Positions 10,847 through 23,635 of a stretch of 64,000 nt of DNA are shown here, piece by piece. The translations under genes were made by a program, and so were the position numbers. The stretch comes from Octopus vulgaris. Its lineage: Eukaryota. The stretch spans positions 29,512,001 through 29,576,000 of the forward strand of contig OX597836.1 of the NCBI GenBank assembly GCA_951406725.2. The letters run 5' to 3'. A model generated the notes under the pieces. The model was given only the letters and a program-made list of their open reading frames with translations. It was not told the DNA's origin and did not search any database. Within the stretch, counting starts at the first letter, position 1. Each line of letters begins with the position of its first letter.

Positions 10847-13651
10847 CTACAAAACAGACAAAAGAGAAAAGCATATTTTACACATTATCATATTTTTCAT
10901 AGCTTTATTAAAGGTAAAAAAGAAGAGCCTATAAACTATTTTCAGAGTGTAGAAACTGCATTCAGGACTTCCAAGATGAAGTGGGGGGAGTTAACTTCAG
11001 ACCAGAGGCCTAATCCAAATATCTGAACAGTGTAGACTCTGCTAAAGGCACTCTGGTTTGCCACCTCCTGTCAAACCGTCCAACTCATATCAGCATGGAA
11101 AATGGACATTAAATAATTTAAATTGTCGGTGGCACGTAAAAAGCACCATCTGACAGCTTCGTCTGGCACCTGTGCCGGTGGCATGTAAAAAGCACCCACT
11201 ACACTCACGGAGTGGTTGGTGTTAGGAAGGGCATCCAGCTGTAGAAACATTGCCAGATCAGACTGGGCCTGGTGCAGCCTTCTGGCTTCCCAGACCCCAG
11301 TTGAACCGTCCAACCCATGCTAGCATGGAAAGCGGATGCTAAACGATGATGATGATGATTACTAAACAAAAAAAAAAAGAAAACCATTTTTCATCACTAA
11401 TGATGAGGTCTGTAGTCTGAAAAATAAAAATCTTATTAACAATACTTTTTCTGTCATTAAATCCTTTAACAGTTACATATTCTTACTATTACACAACAGA
11501 TGAAACCACTCGACCTACTAGAAATGGGAGCTAAATTTCCCTGAATTACATTTGACCTTCTTAAAAATGAAGGGCACACTGGATAATGAGGTCCTAAATC
11601 AGGTGTGGGCAACATTTTAGAGAAGCGGGCCATATGAAACATGGCTCATCGTCAGAAGGACCACACTAATGAAAATACTCAAAGTAATTTTAATGAACGA
11701 CATCCCAGTGCTGAAAGCCAATTATGTAATAATGAAGTAAGATGGCACCCAGATCATAATCAAAAGCATTTCAGACATGACCATCCCATTGATTGGAACG
11801 TTTGCCATACTGTCTGGATATATGTGAATGGGAATGAGAAAGGCATCTTAGAATCTCATCAATCTTTTAATTAGTGTCAGAGGTGACAGAACGTTCTAAG
11901 AGGAGATCATTAATTATGTTCTAATTACAAACTTGATTAAGTTCCAAATAAACATAATTATAACACAGTGGCTGTATGGGTAAGAAGCTTGCTTCTCAAT
12001 CATGAGATTTGAGGTTCAGTCCCAGTGCATGGCACTTTGGGCAAGTGTCTTCCACTATAGCCCAGGGCTAACCAAAGCCATGTGAATGGATTTGGTAGAT
12101 GTGTGTGTTTGTGTGTGTGTGCATGTCTTTGTCCCACACCACCATTTGATAACCAATGTTGGTTTGTTTACACACCCATAATGTAGCAGTTTGGCAAAAG
12201 AGACTGATAAAATAAGTATAAAAAAAATAAGTACTGATCGTGGCCGTTGCCAGCCTCGCCTGGCCTCCATGCCGGTGGCACATAAAAAGCACCATCCAAT
12301 CGTGGCCGTTTGCCAGCCTCGTCTGGCACCTGTGCCAGTGGCACGTAAAAAGCACCCACTACACTCACGGAGTGGTTGGCGTTAGGAAGGGCATCTAGCC
12401 ATAGAAACATTGCCAGATCAGACTGGGCCTGGTGCAGCCTTCTGGCTTCCCAGACCCTAGTTGAACCGTCCAACCCATGCTAGCATGGAAAGCGGATGCT
12501 AAATGATGATGATGATGGTATTGATCTGTTCGACTAAACCCTTCATGCTGGTGTCCCAGTATGGTCGCAGTCCAATGACAACCAAATATAAGGTAGAAAG
12601 GTTCCTTAAACTTTCAGTATGAGATAAAGCAGTGTACTTAGTTTTAGGTATATAAAACTTTCTGCCCTGCTCAGATCAGATCAGTCAATTTTGCAGACAA
12701 TTTAAGATTCTTGTCTTATTAAAAAACATTGAATGTTTCATATTAAAAATGAAACCCAACAGAAAGAGACTGTTACTCCCAGTATTTTGCACAAAAGGTT
12801 CAAGTCTATAAGGAACCACAATCCATAACAGATAGAGTGGAAAAGGGCTATAGCTAACATTTCAAGCAATAAAAGGTATTCTGAATAAATGAGGGGAAGA
12901 GAGAGGGATGGAGAGAGAGAGAGAAAGAGAGATGATCATACTCTTTACAACATGGTTCTAAAGAAAGAGACTTTGTTAATAGTAATCAGACGAATTACTA
13001 CCAAGCTAGTAATTAACTCTAAAATTAAATGTGTACTCTTACAACACTCTAACCCATTTCATCAGTAGTTAAATCTATGTTATGTTCTCTTAGGGTATTC
13101 TAACCTATCTGATTAGTAATTAGACCAATACTTTAATTATTGTTTGAAAATATGAATTACTGTTCTTCTCTCTCAGACAAAAAGTCGCCCCTGAAATGTT
13201 ATAGTTTTCTTTCCACCTCACACAATACAAAATTAAATTCAAATTCCTGAACATCATTTTATAGTTTTTGCCAACCCAGACAACCAATTTTTTTTTTTCT
13301 CCTTGGACTCTTGTATATAACGTTATAATTATGTCCGCTTAGAACACTCTAGCCTAACAAGTTTGTAATTAGATCTATAATTAATTATTTCCTCCTGTCT
13401 GTCAAGTCAGACAGACACTGACTAAAACATTAATCAGACTCTGAAATGCCTTGCTCGTTTCTGTCTAGAACATAGCTGGGAAGAATGGCAAGAATTCCAG
13501 CAACACAGAATGGCCCTGACTGAAAATGCTTTTGATCATCGTCTAATCAATCAGGTTGGTGACAACACAACAACAACAAACCTAAACAAACAGTATAATT
13601 AAAAACTATCTTGAGAGGACATTGATTGGAAATATAATAAAAAATACTTAC

Positions 13652-13738
13652 TCTCATTTCTTTAGGATTTTGAGCATTAGATTTAGTATATGGTGCACAT
13701 ATAACAGTGTATCCAAGGGCTTGTGTACTTAGGATAAT
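13652..13738 (-). CDS. elovl2/5: Elovl2/5 coding exon 3 (IILSTQALGYTVICAPYTKSNAQNPKEMR)
   Basis: cttcttacag|ATT ATC...ATG AGA|gtaagt. 87 nt, phase 0-0. Encodes the GYxxxC luminal loop of ELOVLs. Confidence 0.93.
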
Positions 13739-13799
13739 CTGTAAGAAGATAAAGTGTAAAAAAATAGTCAAATCAATTTAGTAGAATATAAATATACCA

Positions 13800-14190
13800 G
13801 TCAGTATTTCCAACAAGTCACTTAGCATCTTCAGCCGCTAACAGATTAAATATCTCCATACTTTCCAACAACTGGCCATTAAACTATTTCTAGTAACTGG
13901 CCACTTAAATATATCCTGCAACTAGCCATTTAACTATCTCCAGCATTTAGTCACTTCACACTACCTTGAATCTCACCACTTAGTACCTCTGCACCTCCAG
14001 CATCTAGTAATTCAACTCATCTATCAGCTATCGGCTTTATACCCCTCCATCTCAAGCAACTAGCCGCATAACATTTCCAGCAACAGTCATTTAATACCTC
14101 CAGCATCTAACAACTTTAAAACACCATTATCAAGTAGCCATTTAACACTTTCGCACTTTGAGCAACTAGCTACTTTAACACATCCAGCAT
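13800..14190. repeat. Degenerate ~24-bp minisatellite (ctccagcaactagccatttaacta-like)
   Basis: Recurrent ccagca(a/t)ctag.ca.ttaac units. Confidence 0.7.
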
Positions 14191-15007
14191 CTTGATCAGT
14201 TATGGGCAAACTGCAGCCCATGGGACTTTCTAAATGGCGTGCCTAATTTCACAAGGAAAACAACATTTACTAAAATCACCACCTGATGATGAGCCATATC
14301 TCATGTGGTCCAATTCTTGTAAAAGGTTGCAACCATGCCTGATCTTGACCCAAAGTTCTCAAAGTAGTTGAAACAGACCCTCCTCTAGGACTCGAACTAG
14401 AAAGTAAAGTAAAGGTTACCTTCTCAAATCATGCTGGCTCATAAGAGTCAATTTCCCAGCTTCCATGGCTAATAAATTTCCCACGGAGGGTGGGGGGCAC
14501 CAGTCCGTCACAGGATTACTGATTTTTGCCAGCTGAGTGGACTGGGGCAACCATCTACCAAATCTACTCACAGGCCTGAGACAATTGCAGAAGACACTTG
14601 CCCAAGGTGCCACATAGTGGGACTGAACCCAGAACCATGTGGTTAGGAAGTAAACCTTGCTAATGCTAGTTATGTATTACAAAAAGGCTAAAGAGCTGAG
14701 GCTTAGCATCCCAGACATGTTTTCATAGAATATTGGAAATGAAGGACATTCACTTACAATAATTATCTGATGTCAAAGGAAACACATAATTCACATACAT
14801 TCATTTATGCACACATATAGATATATTAAACACACAACAGGCTTTTCACAGTTTCCATCTTCCAAATCTACTCACAAAGTATGAAGGTAGAGTAGAAGCC
14901 ACTTGCCCAAGGTGCCTTGCAGTTAAACTAAACCCCAAACCATGTGATTGGGAAGCAAACGTCTTACCACAGCCATGATTTGTGCCTGCAAATATATATA
15001 TATATAT

Positions 15008-15308
15008 CACCGTGACAGACCAGGCTATCAGATGTTGCTACACATCGCTGGTCACAATGCGCTTCGTATTGTTTTAGCCTTCAAATGACGCCACCCCACT
15101 GGCTAAGCAAGCAGGCCAACAGAAGAAAGAGTGAGAGAAAGTTGCGGCGAAAGAGTACAGCAGGGATCGCCACCACCCCCTGCCGGACCCTCGTGGAGCT
15201 TTAGGTGTTTGCGCTCAATAAACACTCACAACGCCCGGTCTTGGAATCGAAACCGTGATCCTACAACTGCGACTCCGCTGCCCTAACCACTGGGCCATTG
15301 CGCCTCCA
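15008..15308 (-). mobile_element. SINE family C head with an alternative tail
   Basis: Head ggaggcgcaatggcccagtggttagggcagc on the minus strand. Same structure at 28418-28719. Confidence 0.85.
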
Positions 15309-15398
15309 TATATATATATATATACATACACATTTAAAATTGATATAAACAGCTGTTGGCAATATTTCATCAAAAAGGAGAATTATAATTGTCACTAA

Positions 15399-15658
15399 AT
15401 GTGAGTGGGGTGCTAGGAAACACCTACATTGCTAGAAATAAGAGTTAAAGCACTCTAATGTTGTAGTTAATGCATATGAATGAAAACACATACACTAACA
15501 GGGAGCATAATTGTCCAAAAAATGCTGATTGAGATTTTTCAGACAATTATGCTCCCTGTTAATGCATATGTTTTCACTCCTGTCCATTAACTACAACATT
15601 AGAGTGCTTTAGCTCTTATTTCTAGCAATGCAGGTGTTTCCTAACATCCTAGTCACAT
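15399..15658. repeat. 260-bp imperfect palindrome (125-bp arms, 10-nt loop)
   Basis: Arms 15399-15523 and 15534-15658 align without gaps, with about 15 mismatches by manual count. Confidence 0.95.
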
Positions 15659-18600
15659 AGAATGCTTGAAACTTTTACATCCTTAAAAAAAAAAATTTTT
15701 TTGGCATCAAGGTAGAGAAACTCATTTGTTATACTCACCTGCAAAAAACTGCAGTGAACCACTGAGCGGCCCTTTTGAACCTAACCATACTATCATACTA
15801 TCACTTACCTACTGCAACATAAAACCATATTAAATCACATTAATTATTTATCGGCAACCTTTTTACATGACTTTTCATTCTCCATTGTCGGAATTCAGAT
15901 AGGGTTATGCAGCGTAAAGATTTGCATAATCTCACCTGAATCAGAGATGAAAGGATTCCATTTACAAAAGACCTCATCTACGAATGAAGGCGTATAACGT
16001 TGTGCAAGTCTTTATTAAAATGACAATAGTGAGCGCTTGCTGACATGTTTAATTCAAAACTTATCATGAGACTAACAATTAAAGCCAATAAAGGGTCATT
16101 TCAAAGCAAATTCCGTTGTTCGTTTTTATCAACCTGCACTTTATACACCAGAGGATGTAATGTGACTTTAAATATTCACAAGCCTAAACTGTGAATGTGT
16201 GTGTGGTGTGTGTGCGTGCGTGCGTGTGGAGGCACAATGGCCCAGTGGTTAGGGCAGTGGACTCGCGGTGGTAGGATCGCGGTTTCGATTCCCAGACCGG
16301 GCGTTGTGAGTGTTTATTGAGCGAAAACACCTAAAGCTCCACTAGTTACTACTATACTTTGCAGCATTGTTGGTTGTGGTATACAGGGCAAATGCACGAA
16401 AAGCTTATATAAAGAGGTGTCGAAAGATCTTTCAAGGGACATGGTGATGAGCATATGCGACAGGTTCCGGAGCCGTCTTGAGGCCATGGTTGAAGTTTGG
16501 GATATTGTGTTTTCTTAATCCCTTCATGCAAACTGCAAAATTTAGCCCAAACTGACGACAGTTGAGCCATTATAGAAGTTTGTACATAGCTGCCTGACCT
16601 GGAAGAAATAACAGCCAGATCTAATCTCCCTCAAAACACATACTATTATTTTTTTTTTTAAAAAAAAGAAGCAGCAGCAGAAAACATCAGTGGAGTTATG
16701 TAGCTGTAGATGACAGATACACTGTTCGGAAAAGAGACAGGATGATTATGGCAACAACAGCAAGCCTGCTCAATTATGGTTGAACCGGAACTAAGCAACA
16801 TCATCATCATCATCATCATAAACATCTACTGCAACCAGTACCACTCCTTCCGCAAGGTTCATTAACATATAGATTGATTCAAGAATGATATTTTCTGAAA
16901 AACAAACGGCTCACTAAATGCCTATTTAGAAACGACCAGCTTGCTTCAGTTGTATCGGTCATCAGATACAACGAGAGTAATTAATAATTAATATCTATTT
17001 CCAATGGTAGAAAATATAATGTTGGTAGGTATTATTATTACTACCGTTAAGTCAAAGGCAACAAGCAGGCAGACTCTCATTAGCACACTCCTTAGTGGCA
17101 TGTTGTCCATCCTTACGTTCTGAGTTCAAATTTCCACCAAGGTTGACTTTGCCTTTCATCTCACAGAGCCTTGCTCAGCCTGAGGCTCTATACTAGAAGA
17201 TACTTGCCCAAGGTATCATGTTGTGGGACTGAACCTGCAATGATGTAGTTAGGAAGCAAAGAGGGCTGTGGAGTCGAAACAAAAACCTTTGACTCTGACT
17301 CCTCTACTATTGGTGACTGATTCTGACTCCTCGTTATGTAATTAGGTGATTGTGGTCTACATATCTCATAAAGTATATGAATACGCTTGTACTTTGAGTA
17401 GGCCTATATATTATAACTGACTTATATTGAAGAATAAAAATATTGTGAGTCTTTTACTATAGCCTCGGGCTGACCAAAGCCTTGTGAGTGGATTTCATAG
17501 ATGGAAACTGAAAGAAGCCTGTCGTATGTATTTATATATATGTGTGTATGCGTGTGTATATATTCTGTATCTGTGTTTGTCCCCCCCCCAAAAAAAAAAA
17601 CATCGCTTGACAACCAATGCTGGTGTGTTTAGGTTCCCATAACTTAGCGGTTCAGCAAAAGAGACCAATAGAATAAGTACTAGGCTTACAAAGAATAAGT
17701 CCTGGGGTCGATTTGATTCGACTAAAGGCGGTGCTCCAGCATGGCCACAGTCAAATGACTGAAACAAGTAAAAGAGTAAAAGAGAAAAAAGAATATTCCT
17801 CATTGCTTTAAAACCCTGCCTTAGAAAACCAGCAATATCATATTTTGAAAGGGAGAATGAGGTTAGCATAGAATACATATCAAAATTATTCTGTCTTGTT
17901 CCATTTAATCAAACTGACAGAACAGTTTTTGTTCTCTTTTTTTTTCTCCCCAAATGTCAAACAATTTATTTATTGAAATGATGAAGTTCTACATTGTTTC
18001 CAGACTCTTTGTATGTGTGTAATATCAGGCTATCATAATGAGAAAGTGCAATTTTATGAAGATTCTTGAAGAGTTATGGGGTTTTAATTTCACAAAATTC
18101 CTCATAGAGATTGCAAGCAATGGCTTTATTGGAAGAAGTCGGCTTCCCAACCACACGGTTCCAGTTTCAGTCCCACTGCATGACAACTTGGGCAAATTTC
18201 TATGTTGTCCCCTTGTGGGAAGTAAAAAAAAAAATCAACCTTGGGCAAATATCTTCCATTGTAGCCTCAGGCTGACCAAAGGCCTTGTGAGTGGGTCTGA
18301 TGGATGGAAACTGAAAGAAGCCCATCAGACAGGGTAGAATAGGGTAGTTTTTCTACCTGGCCAGTTCCTGTGAACCATCTTACCCATGCATGCATGGAAA
18401 ATGGATGTTAAATGATGATGTGTGGGTGTATGTTTTTGTGCTTGACAAGCAGTGTTGGTGTGTTTATGTTCCTGTAACTTAGCAGTTCACCAAAAGAGGC
18501 CAATGGAATAAGCACTGGGGCTGTTTTGTCTGACTAACATTCTTCAAGGCAATGCCCCAGTATGGCCACAATCTAATGATTAAATCCAAAGACAAAAAGA

Positions 18601-19154
18601 TAAGTATAATCTATCTTGCCCCAAACACCAATCTAGCAAAATAACTGTCTCCTTTACAGGAGACACCTGCATTTGTTGGGTGGTTGTTTCTGTTAACCAT
18701 TGAAAAGCAATATGAGCTTTAATAAAAAAAAATACACAGTGGTGCTCCAGTATGACCACAGCCACACAGCTGAACTGCATAAAAGAAATAGGGGTAAATA
18801 TGGTTGTGAGGTAAGAAGCTTGATTCCCAACTGCATAGTTCTGGGTTCAGTCCCACAGCACGGCACCATAGGCGTAGGCATGGCTGTGTGGTAAGAAGCT
18901 TGCCTCCCAACCATCTGGTTCAGGATTCAATCTCTCAGCATGGCAACTTGGGCAGGTGTCTATTACTTTAGCCCTGAGCTGACCAAAGCTTTGTGAGTAT
19001 ATTTGGTAGACAAAAACTGAAAGAAGCTCATTGTGTGTGTTTGTCCCCCCCCACCCCCACTGCTCGACAACCGGTGTTGGTTTGTGTACATCTACACGAC
19101 TTAGCGGTTTGGCAAAAAGAAACCAATCGCATGTGTACCAGGCTTTTAAAAAAG

Positions 19155-19532
19155 CTAGCAGTATAGCCTGACATTGCTTGGGCTTGTTTACTTTTCGACC
19201 CTTTAGAATTGGAATTTTTGAAGAGTAAAAATTTTGGATTATGTAGCTTGTTATTCTCTTTAAGTGAACATTTTACGGGTTGAAATACACCGAAAAATGG
19301 CAACACAGCAGTCAAAAAATCATAAAAAATAGGGATTTTCATAGAAAAAAAGCACCTTTTTGATGTAAATAATTTTTGGTCTTAACATGATCCGGTTTGA
19401 ATTTTTTCTTCTACAGAACGAAGAGCAAGTCTTCTTCTATCATACTCTCAGAGTCTCTGAGGAGATAGTTTTAGTTGAAAGCTACCAAACTTGCCACACA
19501 CACACAGACAACTTCAGCTTTATATATAAAGA
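19155..19532 (-). mobile_element. Non-autonomous Helitron inside a SINE
   Basis: Minus strand reads A|TCTTTATATATAAAG...gcccaagcaatgtcaggc tatactg CTAG. It interrupts a family A tail. Confidence 0.75.
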
Positions 19533-21694
19533 TTAAGTACTGGAGTTGATTTGTTTGGCTAAACCCTTCAAGGAAATGCCCCACCATGGCTACAGGTCAA
19601 TAGGGGAAACAAGTAAAGGACAGAAAATACTATCTCTCCTTCAAAACGCCCGCCGCTACCATTGTAGCTGAACTAACCAGTTTGAAAATTTTCTGATTTG
19701 TATTCATGAGATTCACATTCTAGTAAATAAGAATGCCATCTTTTAGTTTGCAAAATATTCTCTTTTCATTAGCAAGCTTTTCAAAACAAACAATAAAGAA
19801 GTAGAACTAGCAATGGCATCACCACGTGGGAGCTCTGACATAACAAAAGCAACCAAATCAGGTCCAGTCATCATCATCATCATCGTTTAACGTCCGCTTT
19901 CCATGCTAGCATGGGTTGGACGTATGACAGGGCTGGCGAACCAGATGGCTGCACCAGGCTTCAATCTTGATCTGGCAGAGTTTCTACAGCTGGATGCCCT
20001 TCCTAACTCCAACCACTCCGAGAGTGCCACCGGCACGGGGCCAGTCAGGCGACACTTTTACACATGCTCGAATCTTTTACACATGCCACCAGCGTGGGTG
20101 CCAGTAAGGTGATGCTGGTAACAATCACACTCAAATGGTATCTTTTATGTGCCACCGGCGCAGAGGCCAGATAGCCACTCTGGCAACGATCACGCTCGGA
20201 TGGTGCTCTTAATACCCTACTAGCACGGGGCTCGAGTGCCAGTAGTGCGACGCTGGTAACGATCACACTCGAATGGTGCCTTTTAAGTGCCACTGGCATG
20301 GAAGCCGGTTCTTTAAAAAAAAATGGACGCATGATGCAAGATATTCCATAGTACACAGTATTACAGAAAAACACCTTGGTGTCTGTATGTGGTGGTCTAC
20401 TCAGATAATAAAGTCACTGAAGCAGAAGACAATCTTTCTCTCCTGACCACACAAGTCCCATGATCAAAATACACCATCCCTATACCACAGACAGACTTGG
20501 CAATGTTGTGACTCACATAAATCAAACGTACCAGTTGAACTTTCAAAACATCTAACCCTAGCAACTTGTAATACTTGCTAAATGTCACAATTTTGATAGT
20601 CATGTTTCAATAGTAACAATGGCAATCATAATTGGCGTGTCTTTGTACAAATGAAAGCAGAAAGGAAAAAAAAAGAAAAAATCCAGTGACATCAGTCACT
20701 GAAACTAAAACAATGAACAACAACTCGTCATGTTTTTGATGCCAAGAAGGGGGTGGAAGTGGCAGGGGTGGGTGGTGGTGGTAGTCATAACATCTTACAA
20801 AACATGAAACACTGTAAAAATATAACAGAAACTGGAAAAAATGCTTACAAAAATGGATTACATGAAAAGAAAAAGTATAATTCTAACACACAACCACATA
20901 CACACATATATATATGATGGACTTCTTTCAGTTTCTGTCTACCAAATGCACTCACGAGGCTTTGGGCAGCCCAGGGCTATAGCAGAAGACACTTGCCCAA
21001 GGTGCCATACAGTGGGACTGAACCCAGAATCATGTGGTTGGGAAGCAAACACCTTAAGGAATATCGTTCATATTTTACAGTATTAGTACTAATTACTTGC
21101 AGTCACTGAACTGCTGTTTTCCTCCTCTTCCTACTACTACTACCACCACCACCACCACCACCACCACTAATAGTGATGTTTTCAAATTTTGGCACAAGGC
21201 CAGCAATTTCGGTAGCAGGAGTAAGTTCATTACATTGACTGCCCGTGCTTGACTGATATATATTTTATCAACCCTAAAAGGATGAAAGGCAAGTCAACCT
21301 CAAAGGCGCTTGAACTCAGATAATTATAAAAATAATTATAATAATAATGATGATGATGATAAATGCCCTGATGCAGTACCAGGCACTGGCTCTCATGGCT
21401 TGATCTTAACCAATTGAAAGTGTTATCATGTACATGTTTTGTTCTTGGTATAAAAAATGGGCTGCAGCAAATATTCTGCTCAATACCACAGATTTGCTTG
21501 TCAGTTATTTGACCGTAACCAGTTGAGCATGTCCCTTGGTGGCTGATGATATGTGCATCTCTGATCATGAGCAAAAGTAGTGGGAGAGCATCATAGCCAT
21601 GTGTTGAGAGGAATTCTTTGGAGTTTGAATAATTCACCTCTGGAGGCATGGGTGTTTAGTTCAACATTCTTAAACGACCCTTATTCAAAGTCCA

Positions 21695-22080
21695 TCTACA
21701 CATCATCTCTGCCCATAATTCCTGGGAGGGTTCTGTGAGTAGAGTCCTCACGCACCACCACCATAGGGTCCTGACACTTTCCAATTGGATTCCCAAGCAT
21801 GACCAACTGTGACTGGATATTATAGAACCATCTCGTTCTTGGTTTACCCCTAGGTCTCCTGACAGTGAACCCAGTTTGAAGAATTTGTTTTGTAATTTTT
21901 TCTTGTGGCATTCTAATCACATGTCCACGGTACTGGTTTAAACTTAAACTGGATTGCAAAATTAAATGACTGAAGTGGAGTAATAGTTTTATACTGTAAT
22001 ATGAAGCACCCAACTCAATCTCATTCTGAATACCTGTTAAAATGCTTGTTCTCTCATACTTTATAAAATAAAGGCAGCTC
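21695..22080 (-). mobile_element. RTE-type LINE 3' fragment
   Basis: ORF 21696-22013 contains GHVIRMPQEKITKQILQTGFTVRRPRGKPRTRW, typical of the RTE ORF2 C-terminus. Confidence 0.78.
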
Positions 22081-22684
22081 TTGGTCTACTTCTAGGTCTC
22101 TTGCTGGTTGACTTGGCTTGAAGAATTTGTCTTGCATTTCTTTCTTGTAACATTTAAAACATAAAATCAAAACTGTGATCGCTCAATGCAGAGAAGTAGT
22201 GGCTCCTCCTGGAGGGACTCTCTGATCTCTATTCAACCTGTCAGGTAACATTACTCCAGAGATCCTTCAGAGGAATTCCATTTTGGCTGTATGTGTTCGC
22301 AATATTACTTCATTCAGTTATTGCCCAACATTCATGGCCATAGGTGAGGATAGGCATGGGAACCAAACTGAAGATAATGAGTTTGACTTCTTTACAAACC
22401 TCTCTTCTTCAGAAGACTGAATACTGGAGCTAGTGCATTTGTCCATGTTAGAAATTAATATTTCTAAGAAGTCGTATTTCTCATTGATCATTGCATCTAG
22501 TTCATAATGAAATTATAAACAGGTGTTGCTAGGTACAAGCATGGCTATGTAGTTAAGAAGTTTACTTCCCGACCATTAGCATAATAACCGAGGGCAGATA
22601 TCATCTACTATGGTCCCAGGTTGACTAAAACTTTGTGAGTAGATTTGGCAAATGGAAACTGAAAGAAGTTTATCATATATAGAG

Positions 22685-23635
22685 AGAAGGGAGATGAGAC
22701 TTTCTCAAAAGGCATGTTGCAGCATGTCAGATGGAGTCTCAAAAGAGAAGAGAGATGAGACTTTCCCAAGATCAGCAAATGCATGCTGCAGCACTTAATG
22801 CTGGATCATTAAAACAATGTTTTAATGATTAGACAGAGGTCCAATAGAATAGCTCTGAGAAACAGACTATGTACAAATTTATTCTTCACAACTGGAGCAG
22901 CTTTCAGATATGATTCATCCCATTCTTATAAAGACGATAATTCTGTCCAAATTGGTGTGCTAAACTCAAATTGTCATTTCTGCAAAGCTTTAAAATTTCC
23001 AAATGAAACTAATGGCATGTGCTGCTCAGGCAGCAAGGTAAGAAGATTGCCAGCACGCACTACCAGCTCCTCATCAACCTCTTACGAATCTTCTGGAAGG
23101 CACTTCCATCCAGTCAAAGGATTTTCCGGACAATATCAGACAATACAACTCTGTATTTCAAATGACATTGTTTGGTACATCTAAGAAGATAGCTGAACAT
23201 GGATTTACACTGACGTTCAAAGTTCAAGGGCAAGTCTATCATCACATTGGTTCCCTGTTACCCACAAATGAACAACCACAGTTCCTCCAAATTTACTTTT
23301 ATGAGTGATGTAGGACAACAAACCCGAGGAGGCGTCAAAACTTCAGACGATGGGTCATGTTAGATGCAGTGCCAAATGCCGCAAATGAAAGTATATCCAC
23401 TGACAGCTTTTCGGTGCATTCAAAAATCACATAACCCCCATCCCAATTTTCCAGAACAGGTTAGGGCCTGGAATACTCCAAGTGGATATCGCTTAGTTGA
23501 ATTAGACCATCATTTACTTCACAAATGTTTTATTGTCAATGTCGCACTTTCCCGTATCACCTATTTCAATATAACTGTAATATATATACAAACTATGCCA
23601 TTTTAATCCCAAGCAACGCCGGGTATCTCTGCTAG
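22685..23635 (+). mobile_element. Internally deleted Helitron (Rep N-terminal remnant plus 3' terminus)
   Basis: Encodes AAFRYD...CHFCKALKFPNETNGMCC, then frameshifted NIRQYNSVFQMT...FKVQGQVYHHIGSLLP...PQFLQIYF. Ends with cccaagcaacgccggg, a short spacer, and CTAG|T at 23632-23635. The 5' limit is approximate. Confidence 0.88.

Noticed and set aside
15739-15780. Second 42-nt in-frame cassette exon (VQKGRSVVHCSFLQ)
   Set aside because: Its upstream AG lacks a pyrimidine tract. Only its 3' AG|GT junction was kept as part of the splice-motif finding.
16930-16975. Intact hammerhead at minus-strand CTGATGA with an 8-bp hairpin
   Set aside because: There is no correctly placed GAAA or cleavage triplet.
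22825-23184. Host zinc-finger gene
   Set aside because: The sequence matches the Helitron Rep N-terminus, is frameshifted, and is followed by a Helitron 3' end.
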